Below are positions 56,608 to 64,000 of a stretch of DNA of 64,000 nucleotides, in pieces. This stretch comes from a virus. Position 1 is the first letter of the stretch. Each line of letters begins with the position of its first letter. Below the pieces are notes generated by a model. That model was not told the origin of the DNA. It worked only from the letters and a program-made list of their open reading frames with translations, and made no database searches. The position numbers were made by a program, and so were the translations under genes. The stretch is taken from IMG/VR virus record IMGVR_UViG_3300002835_000030, positions 32,001-96,000 of that record; one strand, written 5' to 3'.

Positions 56608-56642
56608 AAAGAAAAACCTCGCCTTTGTGAGGTTTTTCTTTT
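56608..56642 (+). terminator. Rho-independent terminator (possibly bidirectional)
   Basis: AAAGAAAAACCTC...GAGGTTTTTCTTT. Confidence 0.8.
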
Positions 56643-56651
56643 ATCCACTTA

Positions 56652-56682
56652 TTGACTTTTTGAAAATTTATACGTATTATTG
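56652..56682 (+). promoter_or_regulatory. Promoter of the replication operon (TTGACT-N17-TATTAT, extending to TATTATTG)
   Basis: Directly after the terminator and upstream of the SSB gene. Confidence 0.65.
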
Positions 56683-56709
56683 TTTATTATTAATTAAAAA
56701 ATAAAAACA

Positions 56710-57615
56710 ATGAGTAACAGTTTAGACGCTATTTTAGCTCAGTATGAAAAAAACACTGAACCGGTAAAAAGTGGCAACAAAATGTCTAGTGAAGACAGAC
56801 TTAAAAAGTATTTCACTGAAAAATTACCTAAAGGGGTAAAATCACAAACAAAAACTTTTAGAATCTTACCTACAAAAGAAGGTAAGTCACCATTTACTGA
56901 AGTTTATTATCATGAAAAACAAGTTAATGGTAAATGGGAGAAAATTTATTGTAACCATTTAAATGACGGTGAACATTGCCCATTATGTGAGGCGAAAGAC
57001 GCTTTATATGAAGACGGTTCTGAGAAAGCTAAAAACTTAGCAAAAGAATTTATCGCTAGAAAATTCTATGTAGTAAAGGGAATTGATAGAGAGAATGAGG
57101 ATCATGGGGTAAAGTTTTGGAGATTTAAACACAAAAAGACTGGTGACGGTGTAATGGATAAATTAATTCCTGTGTTTAAACTTAAAGGTGATATTACTAA
57201 CCCTAGAGAGGGAAGGGATATTATTATTTCTTCTGGTAGAAACGATAAAGGACATAGTGTAGTTAATTCTATTATGACTGATGACGTAACTATTCTTACT
57301 GAGAATAAAGAATATGCAAATGAATGGTTTAATAATGAAGAATCCCATAGAGATGTTTACGCTAAAAAATCTAGTGAATATTTAGAAATAGTTGCGACTA
57401 ATAAAACCCCTATTTGGGATTCCGAACAAAAGAAGTTTGTTGCTGAAGAAGATAAAGAAGAAAAAGAAACTACTTCATTGTCTGAAGAAATCAATATGAT
57501 GAGAACCGAACGAATCGCAAAATCTTTTGAGTCTGATTATAATAGTGATGCCGATTTCAGTAACGATCCTGAGGTATCATCATTAGATGATGACGATGAT
57601 GAATTACCATTTTAA
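56710..57615 (+). CDS. Single-stranded DNA-binding protein (T4 gp32-like)
   Basis: FRILP, H....C......CPLCE zinc site, G.KFW.F, EGRDI.I, acidic tail DDDDDELPF. Confidence 0.88.
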   Translation: MSNSLDAILAQYEKNTEPVKSGNKMSSEDRLKKYFTEKLPKGVKSQTKTFRILPTKEGKSPFTEVYYHEKQVNGKWEKIYCNHLNDGEHCPLCEAKDALYEDGSEKAKNLAKEFIARKFYVVKGIDRENEDHGVKFWRFKHKKTGDGVMDKLIPVFKLKGDITNPREGRDIIISSGRNDKGHSVVNSIMTDDVTILTENKEYANEWFNNEESHRDVYAKKSSEYLEIVATNKTPIWDSEQKKFVAEEDKEEKETTSLSEEINMMRTERIAKSFESDYNSDADFSNDPEVSSLDDDDDELPF

Positions 57616-57623
57616 TATATAAT

Positions 57624-58676
57624 ATGAGTAAACAACCACTTAAGAAAAAAGCATCTGATTTTTCGTCTATCAGAAAGAAGTTTTCCTCTAGCGATAAGTA
57701 CAAAGAACAAAGGTACTTTGATCTAGGGGAAGCCTTTCAGAAGTCGACAGGGCTACCAGGTCCTGCTATGGGTCAGGTTAATATGTTTTTAGGTCATTCA
57801 GACACTGGAAAAACAACAGCACTTTTACAGACTGCAGTAGACGCACAAAAGAAAAAAATACTACCTGTATTCATTATTACAGAACAAAAATTTAGTTTCG
57901 AACACGCCAAACAAATGGGTTTAGAAACTGAGTATATTGAAGAAGTTGATGAATCTACAGGTGAAGTTTCCGCATTTTGGGATGGATTCCTACTATATAA
58001 ATTAGGATTCGATTATATAGAACAAGCATTTGAATATGTTACTGAAGTATTAGACGCTCAAAAGAGTGGTGAAATACCTTATGACATCGTATTCTTATGG
58101 GATTCTATTGGTACCATACCTTGTCAAATGAGTTTTGATGGGAAAGGTGGAAACCAACACACTGCGAGGGTAATATCTGAAAAATGGGGAATGGGGTTAG
58201 CACAAAGAATAACATCTTCTAGAAAGGATAGTTACCCGCATACCAACACAATGGTATTTGTAAACCAACCTTGGGTTGCATTACCTGATAACCCATTCGG
58301 ACAACCAACAATCGCACCTAAAGGGGGTAATTCTATTTACCTATCATGCGCATTAGTATTTTTGTTTGGAAATCAAAAGAGTTCTGGTGTGTCTAAACTT
58401 TCTGCCACTAATAAAGGGAGAAAAGTAAACTTTGCGATTAGAACTAAGGTTGGTATCCATAAGAACCATATGAATGGTTTAGGATATGCAGATAATAAAA
58501 TACTTGCAACAACACATGGATTTATTGAAGATGATAAGAAATCCGTTGATCAATATAAAAGTGATTATAAAGATTACTGGTTAGAAGTCTTCGATTCAAT
58601 GGGTGATGATGTAATGTCTTTTGATGTAGTAGAAGGGGATGTAATTGAACCACCTGTTGATTATTCAGACAATTAA
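57624..58676 (+). CDS. uvsX: RecA/UvsX-like recombinase
   Basis: Walker A GHSDTGKT, FIITE, FLWDSIG, VFVNQ, PKGG, KNH. Confidence 0.88.
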   Translation: MSKQPLKKKASDFSSIRKKFSSSDKYKEQRYFDLGEAFQKSTGLPGPAMGQVNMFLGHSDTGKTTALLQTAVDAQKKKILPVFIITEQKFSFEHAKQMGLETEYIEEVDESTGEVSAFWDGFLLYKLGFDYIEQAFEYVTEVLDAQKSGEIPYDIVFLWDSIGTIPCQMSFDGKGGNQHTARVISEKWGMGLAQRITSSRKDSYPHTNTMVFVNQPWVALPDNPFGQPTIAPKGGNSIYLSCALVFLFGNQKSSGVSKLSATNKGRKVNFAIRTKVGIHKNHMNGLGYADNKILATTHGFIEDDKKSVDQYKSDYKDYWLEVFDSMGDDVMSFDVVEGDVIEPPVDYSDN

Positions 58677-58701
58677 TTGTTTAACGTTTAATCGATGGTG
58701 A

Positions 58702-59745
58702 GTGAAAATACCTAATAAGAAAAAAAGAATTCAAAGGACATTATTAGTTGATGGAGACTCTTTGTTAAAAACTGCCTATTATGGGGCTAAAAATCTTTTC
58801 TATAAAGAAACCCATATAGGTGGAATTTTTCAATTTTTGACTATGGTTCGTAAAATGTTGAATGAAAACAAATTCGACAGTGTATACGTATTTTGGGATG
58901 GACAATTTAGTGGTAGACTAAGATACGACATATACAAAGATTATAAGTCTAATAGAGGTAAAGATTTCTATAACGAACAACCACCATCAGAAATAGATGT
59001 ATATTTACAGAAAGAAAGATTATATTCTTACCTTGAAGAGTTATTTATAAGACAATACAGAAACGATATTGTTGAGGCGGATGATTCTATAGGTTATTAT
59101 GTAAATAACATGTCTGAGGACGAAAGAGTGGTTATTATAACGAGAGATAGAGATCTCTGTCAATTAATTAATGGAAAAGTTTCAGTTTACGATTTAAATC
59201 TTAAAAAGATAATTACAGAGGAAAACTATCTAGTAGATTTTGATCATCACCCATCGAATTTAAAACTTATAAAAATAATAACTGGAGATGTTAGTGATAA
59301 CATTAAAGGTATTCTCGGTGTAAGTGAAAAAACATTGGTGAAATTTTTTCCTGAAATTATGGAAAAAACTTTGACTTTGGAGTATATTTTTAGTAAAATT
59401 GAAGAAGTACAGAAAGAAAGAAAAACAAGGTTGGCAACATTAGATAATATATTAAATAAAGTTACCAAAGGATCACAAAGAGAAATGATTTATGAGGTTA
59501 ATGAAAAGTTAATAGACTTATCTAATCCACTATTAACCGAAGAGACTAAATCAGATTTAGATCACTTATTTAGTACTACTATGGATCCAGATGGTAGAAA
59601 TATTAAGAATGTGATTAATATGATGATAGAAGATGGTATAATGTGGGCGATACCTGGAGGTAGAGAGGGTTATATAAATTTTTTACAACCGTTCCTATCT
59701 ATAATTAAAAAAGAAAAAAATTATTATAAAAAAGTAAATCAATAA
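58702..59745 (+). CDS. 5'-3' exonuclease / flap endonuclease (T4 RNase H-like)
   Basis: LLVDG, VFWDG, YKSNR, EADD, DRDL.QL, GD.SDNI.GI.GV.EKT. Confidence 0.92.
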   Translation: MKIPNKKKRIQRTLLVDGDSLLKTAYYGAKNLFYKETHIGGIFQFLTMVRKMLNENKFDSVYVFWDGQFSGRLRYDIYKDYKSNRGKDFYNEQPPSEIDVYLQKERLYSYLEELFIRQYRNDIVEADDSIGYYVNNMSEDERVVIITRDRDLCQLINGKVSVYDLNLKKIITEENYLVDFDHHPSNLKLIKIITGDVSDNIKGILGVSEKTLVKFFPEIMEKTLTLEYIFSKIEEVQKERKTRLATLDNILNKVTKGSQREMIYEVNEKLIDLSNPLLTEETKSDLDHLFSTTMDPDGRNIKNVINMMIEDGIMWAIPGGREGYINFLQPFLSIIKKEKNYYKKVNQ

Positions 59746-59748
59746 AAT

Positions 59749-60225
59749 ATGAAAAAAAGTTATAAAAGTTATCCGTATGAATTTCTGTTTATGATTAATG
59801 GAAACCCTATTGTTGGGAGAAACTTTCCAATATACAACTTCAATAAAGAATCTTTAAGATCTTATGAGATAAAAGAGTTAGTTGACAATGTATCAAATAT
59901 CATTAGAAACTTATTTAAAGAACGTACCTATGAATATATGGAAAAATATTGTAATTATTTTTACACTAGTAGTGAAGAAGACACAAAAAACGTAAACATT
60001 TACGAAAATGAAGATTTCTTTTCTGTACAGATTAAGTACAATGGTAGAGTAGTCATTGAAAGAATTTTTAGTGGGAATGACTACCCACCTAACGTAAGAT
60101 ATGATGTCGATATAAGAAAAATTATCCCTAAAATTATTGATTATTTGCAACAGGGGTTGAGTGAGAAAAATTATACAAAAAAATATTGCGATTATCAACT
60201 TGACAACATATTTATTAATAACTAA
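59749..60225 (+). CDS. Hypothetical phage protein
   Basis: 158 aa in the replication operon; YPPNVRYDVDIR. Confidence 0.7.
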   Translation: MKKSYKSYPYEFLFMINGNPIVGRNFPIYNFNKESLRSYEIKELVDNVSNIIRNLFKERTYEYMEKYCNYFYTSSEEDTKNVNIYENEDFFSVQIKYNGRVVIERIFSGNDYPPNVRYDVDIRKIIPKIIDYLQQGLSEKNYTKKYCDYQLDNIFINN

Positions 60226-60237
60226 ATCAGATAAAGA

Positions 60238-62733
60238 ATGTCGAAAAATGAGAGTTTAAATTTAGGTTATTTAGGATATAGTTTTCAAGTAAAATTAGTA
60301 AAACAATTAGTAGAGGATCAAAAGTTTTCGGAAAGTATTATTTCTATTATTGACCCAAATTATTTCGACAACGAGTATATGAGACTCGTTGTTGCATATA
60401 TAAAGGATTATTATGAAAAATATGAAACTATTCCGTCTTATGAAACTATCTTTAATATAGTAAAGAGTGAAGTTAGACGAGAAATTGCTAAAGAATCTTC
60501 CATTGAACTTATTAAAGAGGTTAGAGAATCTGAAAATAGAGACTGTTTACACACACAAGATATTGCCATTAAGTTCTGCAAACAACAAGAACTTAAGAAG
60601 GCTACCCAAAAAATCCAAAAAATTCTAGACGGAGGTGATTTTGATAGATATGATGAATGTGAAGAATTAGTTAAACAGGCGATATCGGTAGGAACAGAAA
60701 AAGACGAAGGTGTAGATATCTTCCATGCAATTGAGGACGTTTTAGCGGACGATTTTAGAAATCCTATACCGACAGGATTAGTGGGAATTGACAACCTTAT
60801 GGGTGGTGGTTTATCTAAAGGTGAGTTAGGTGTTATACTAGCCGCCTTTGGTGTTGGAAAATCACAACCACTTCACTCAAAAGTTTTAACACCTAATGGA
60901 TGGACAACTATGGGTGATATCAAAGAAGGTGATTTAGTCATTAGTAGAGATGGAAAACCTACAAAGGTGTTAGGCGTATATCCTCAAGGTATTAGACCAA
61001 CATATAAAGTAAAATTTAATGATGGTACTGAAACTTTATGTGATGAAGAACATTTGTGGTCAGTAAACACTATTAACCAAAGAAACAGAAGAACAAGGAA
61101 AGATGGTAAAATAATTAATTTAGAACCAGATAACTCATATAGAACTATGAAAACCATTGAAATGGTTGACAATGTTAAAGTTTGGGGTAACAGAAGATTA
61201 AAATATAGAATCCCTAGAGTAGAACCTATACAGTTTGAGAAAAAGAATTTATTGATTGATCCTTATGTTTTAGGTGTTATATTAGGTGATGGTTGTATTA
61301 CTGAACATAATCACCCACATTTTGTAACTAAAGATGAGGAAATAATTAATGAGGTTAAAAGTTTTTATGATAAAGTATCTATCAAAGAACAAAATAGGGA
61401 TATCGAAAAAGAGGTTGATGGTGAATTAGTTTTAGTTAAACGATCAATTACTAAAGTTTCATTTTTAGGTATAAAAGATGATCTTAAAGTATTGGGGTTA
61501 TATGGTTGTAATTCTGAAACTAAGTTTATTCCGGAAGATTACATTTATTCTAATGTTGAAGATAGAGTTAAAATATTACAGGGGTTAGTTGATACAGACG
61601 GTTCAATAGATGAACATAGAATAGAGATAACAACTGTATCTAAAACGATGGCTTCACAAATTAGAGAAATTGTTTTATCTTTAGGTGGTACTGCGAGTAT
61701 TAATCAAAGGGAAACGTTTTATAAGAAAGGTGGTGTAAGAGTCGAATGTAAATTAGCGTATAGAGTTAATTTTAGTTTTCCGTCTAATATTGGATTCAAT
61801 CCTTGTAGATTAAATAGAAAATTGTCTAAATATAATGGTAGAACAAAATATTCAGATAATAAGTTTATTTCGTCTATTGAGTATTATGGAGAAGAAGAGT
61901 CACAATGTATTATGGTAGACAACCCTGAACATTTATATGTTACAGATGATTATATTGTTACTCACAATACTACATTAATCACTAGAATGGCGAACACTGC
62001 GTATTTAGAGGGTCAAAACGTAGTACAAATTTTCTTTGAAGATAATGTTAAAGTTATCCAAAGAAAACACTTAACATGTTTTACTGGAATAGAACTAAGT
62101 GAGTTGGGGGATAGAAGAGAAGAAGTAAAAGAACTCTTACCTAGATTTCAAAATTTAAAAGGTAACCTTATACTTAAGAAAATGTCTAGTGATGGTACGA
62201 CTATCCCACATATTAAACAATATCTACGTAAAATAATTTCTAGTGGTATTAAACCAGACATTGTATTTATTGATTACATTGATTGTATACAACCTACTAA
62301 ACATTTCAAAGACGAATATAGTGGTGAAGGAAATGTAATGAGACAATTTGAAACTATGTTATCAGAATTAGACATTGCGGGTTGGACTGCGGTACAAGGT
62401 AACAGAAGTGCAATTGGTGCAGACTTAGTAGAGGCGAATATGATGGGTGGGTCAATCAAGAAAGGACAAATCGGACACTTCATTTTATCAGTTGCCAAAA
62501 CATTGGATCAAAAAGAAGAGGGTCGGGCGACATTAGCCATTTTAAAATCTAGATTTGGTAGAGACGGAGTTGTTTTTGACGACATAGTATTTGACAATGG
62601 TACATTAATTATTGATACTAGTGCAAGTACAGATGTTTCACTATTACAACATGGAAAAGGACAAAAAAAGAAAGAGTCTGATTTCATTAGCGAAACGATA
62701 GCAAAGAAGAGAGGTATCGTAAATAATAATTAA
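60238..62733 (+). CDS. dnaB: Replicative DnaB/gp41-like helicase with intein (mature about 462 aa)
   Basis: IPTG...ID..MGGG..KGELGVI.A..GVGK|TT, FIDYID, WTAVQGNR, KSRFG. Confidence 0.93.
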   Translation: MSKNESLNLGYLGYSFQVKLVKQLVEDQKFSESIISIIDPNYFDNEYMRLVVAYIKDYYEKYETIPSYETIFNIVKSEVRREIAKESSIELIKEVRESENRDCLHTQDIAIKFCKQQELKKATQKIQKILDGGDFDRYDECEELVKQAISVGTEKDEGVDIFHAIEDVLADDFRNPIPTGLVGIDNLMGGGLSKGELGVILAAFGVGKSQPLHSKVLTPNGWTTMGDIKEGDLVISRDGKPTKVLGVYPQGIRPTYKVKFNDGTETLCDEEHLWSVNTINQRNRRTRKDGKIINLEPDNSYRTMKTIEMVDNVKVWGNRRLKYRIPRVEPIQFEKKNLLIDPYVLGVILGDGCITEHNHPHFVTKDEEIINEVKSFYDKVSIKEQNRDIEKEVDGELVLVKRSITKVSFLGIKDDLKVLGLYGCNSETKFIPEDYIYSNVEDRVKILQGLVDTDGSIDEHRIEITTVSKTMASQIREIVLSLGGTASINQRETFYKKGGVRVECKLAYRVNFSFPSNIGFNPCRLNRKLSKYNGRTKYSDNKFISSIEYYGEEESQCIMVDNPEHLYVTDDYIVTHNTTLITRMANTAYLEGQNVVQIFFEDNVKVIQRKHLTCFTGIELSELGDRREEVKELLPRFQNLKGNLILKKMSSDGTTIPHIKQYLRKIISSGIKPDIVFIDYIDCIQPTKHFKDEYSGEGNVMRQFETMLSELDIAGWTAVQGNRSAIGADLVEANMMGGSIKKGQIGHFILSVAKTLDQKEEGRATLAILKSRFGRDGVVFDDIVFDNGTLIIDTSASTDVSLLQHGKGQKKKESDFISETIAKKRGIVNNN
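60862..61968 (+). mobile_element. Intein (369 aa, Ser1, WCT signature) in the DnaB Walker A motif
   Basis: Starts SQPLHSKVLTP; EHLW, SQCIMV, VTHN; LGVILGDG and LQGLVDTDG; +1 Thr. Confidence 0.92.
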
Positions 62734-62820
62734 AATTAGTAAAGGGGTATTTTTTGAGTGGTTTACTTAAATGAATCATAAAGGGAAAGACACCCACTAA
62801 AAAAAAGAAAAAATTAAAAA

Positions 62821-63768
62821 ATGGAAAAAATATTAAAAGAAAATCCATCTAGATTTGTAATATTTCCGATTGAACATAATGATATATGGGAATATTATAA
62901 AAAACATCAAGCTGCGTTTTGGACAGCAGAAGAAATTGATTTAACAAATGATATTAAAGATTGGGAAAAACTTACAGAAAATGAAAAATATTTTATTAAA
63001 AATGTTTTATCGTTCTTTGCATCATCAGATGGTATCGTTAATGAAAATTTGGCTGAGAATTTTTATAGAGAAGTTCAGTATCCTGAAGCTAAATTCTTTT
63101 ATGGGTTTCAGTTAGCAATGGAAAATATACATTCATTAATGTATTCATTATTAATTGATACCTATCTGAATAACCCAAAAGAAAAAGATGACTGTTTTAA
63201 TGCAATTGATAGATTACCGGCAGTTCAGAAAAAAGCTAAATGGGCGTTAAATTGGATAGAAAACGCTTCGTTTCAAGAACGATTAATTGCGTTTGCAGCT
63301 GTTGAAGGTATATTTTTTTCGGGTTCATTTTGTTCAATATTCTGGTTAAAGTCAAGAGGTATTATGCAGGGTTTATGTAATGCAAATACATTAATATTTA
63401 AAGATGAAAATTTACATTGTGATTTTGCCATCCATTTACTAAATAATCATTGTGAAAATAAACCATCAGAAAAAAGAATTAAAGAGATTTTATTATCTGC
63501 GTTAGAAATTGAAAAAGAATTTATTACAGAGTCATTACCGGTATCACTTATTGGAATGAACTCAAATCTAATGAGACAATATTTGGAATTTGTTGTTGAT
63601 GGATTGTTGGTTAAGTTCGGTTGTAGTAAAGAATTCAACGTAGAACAACCATTCAAATTTATGGAGCAAATTGCGGTTGAAACAAAGGGTAATTTCTTTG
63701 AATCAAGAACTGTGGAGTATCAGAAGGCAAAAATAAATGAAACAATAACATTTACAGAGGACTTTTAA
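62821..63768 (+). CDS. nrdB: Ribonucleotide reductase class Ia beta subunit
   Basis: [27 protein letters not shown] (radical Tyr), [17 protein letters not shown]. Confidence 0.97.
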   Translation: MEKILKENPSRFVIFPIEHNDIWEYYKKHQAAFWTAEEIDLTNDIKDWEKLTENEKYFIKNVLSFFASSDGIVNENLAENFYREVQYPEAKFFYGFQLAMENIHSLMYSLLIDTYLNNPKEKDDCFNAIDRLPAVQKKAKWALNWIENASFQERLIAFAAVEGIFFSGSFCSIFWLKSRGIMQGLCNANTLIFKDENLHCDFAIHLLNNHCENKPSEKRIKEILLSALEIEKEFITESLPVSLIGMNSNLMRQYLEFVVDGLLVKFGCSKEFNVEQPFKFMEQIAVETKGNFFESRTVEYQKAKINETITFTEDF

Positions 63769-63778
63769 ATTTTATAAT

Positions 63779-64000
63779 ATGTCATTAAAAATTATTAAAC
63801 GAGAGGGGGAATCAGTTCCATTTAACCCACAAAAAATTTACAATAGAGTTAAACGTGCATCCAAAGGGTTAAACGTAAATTCTGATGAGATTTTCATCAA
63901 AGTGATCACATCAGTTCCGACTGAAGGTGAAGTAACTACAAAGGAACTAGATAAGTTAGTTTATGAAATGGCGGCATCATATACAGGTAGTCATCACGAT
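63779..64000 (+). CDS. nrdA: Ribonucleotide reductase alpha subunit, N-terminal ATP cone (partial)
   Basis: MSLKIIKREGESVPFNPQKIYNRVKRA...VTTKELD; open to the window end, after nrdB. Confidence 0.85.
   Translation, partial: MSLKIIKREGESVPFNPQKIYNRVKRASKGLNVNSDEIFIKVITSVPTEGEVTTKELDKLVYEMAASYTGSHHD

Noticed and set aside
20811-63656. Many antisense or nested ORFs in the track (e.g. 20811-21299, 29637-30179, 31905-32423, 40838-41398, 44554-45060, 48134-48682, 56111-56599)
   Set aside because: They lie opposite or within well-supported genes and have the Ser/Leu/Phe/Ile-rich composition of antisense shadows
1-64000. Stop-codon reassignment (TAG or TGA), as seen in some large phages
   Set aside because: ORFs up to 1856 aa are uninterrupted under the standard code, and TAG/TGA end genes at sensible positions. 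The TAG at 214 is in a decayed gene.
1-64000. CRISPR array, tRNA or rRNA genes
   Set aside because: No regularly spaced repeats or cloverleaf-like GC-rich segments were seen, and intergenic gaps are short and AT-rich. This was checked by eye only.

Overview
AT-rich fragment (roughly 27-30% GC by eye) of a large contractile-tailed dsDNA phage with T4-like modules, probably a jumbo myovirus. It uses the standard genetic code. The host is inferred to be Bacteroidota, from TAnnTTTG-type -7 promoter boxes, A-rich Shine-Dalgarno-less starts and a Bacteroidota/eukaryote-like class Ia RNR. Structural genes: neck, head-closure and tail-terminator proteins, several fibre proteins, tail sheath, tail tube, tail-assembly chaperone, tape measure and baseplate proteins. 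Replication and nucleotide genes: family-B DNA polymerase, SNF2 helicase, gp32-like SSB, RecA/UvsX, 5'-3' exonuclease, DnaB helicase, NrdB, NrdA (partial), dUTPase and glutaredoxin. Mobile elements: four LAGLIDADG inteins, three free-standing endonucleases around the tube gene, a decayed endonuclease and a small palindromic element. No capsid, portal, terminase, tRNA or CRISPR array was recognised. The most notable unexplained signals are: (1) about 10 unrelated proteins sharing short N-terminal leaders ending in [LIV]-x-E, a candidate capsid-addressing and protease-release system for injected cargo; (2) a [ST]-G-x-[TS] motif concentrated in virion proteins near a glycosyltransferase; (3) an un-annotated +1/-2 frameshift extension of the tail chaperone; (4) two promoter classes, including an oriented ATATTTAT late-type motif; (5) an RHH gene and operator divergent from the sheath gene. 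All family calls come from motif recognition, not database searches.
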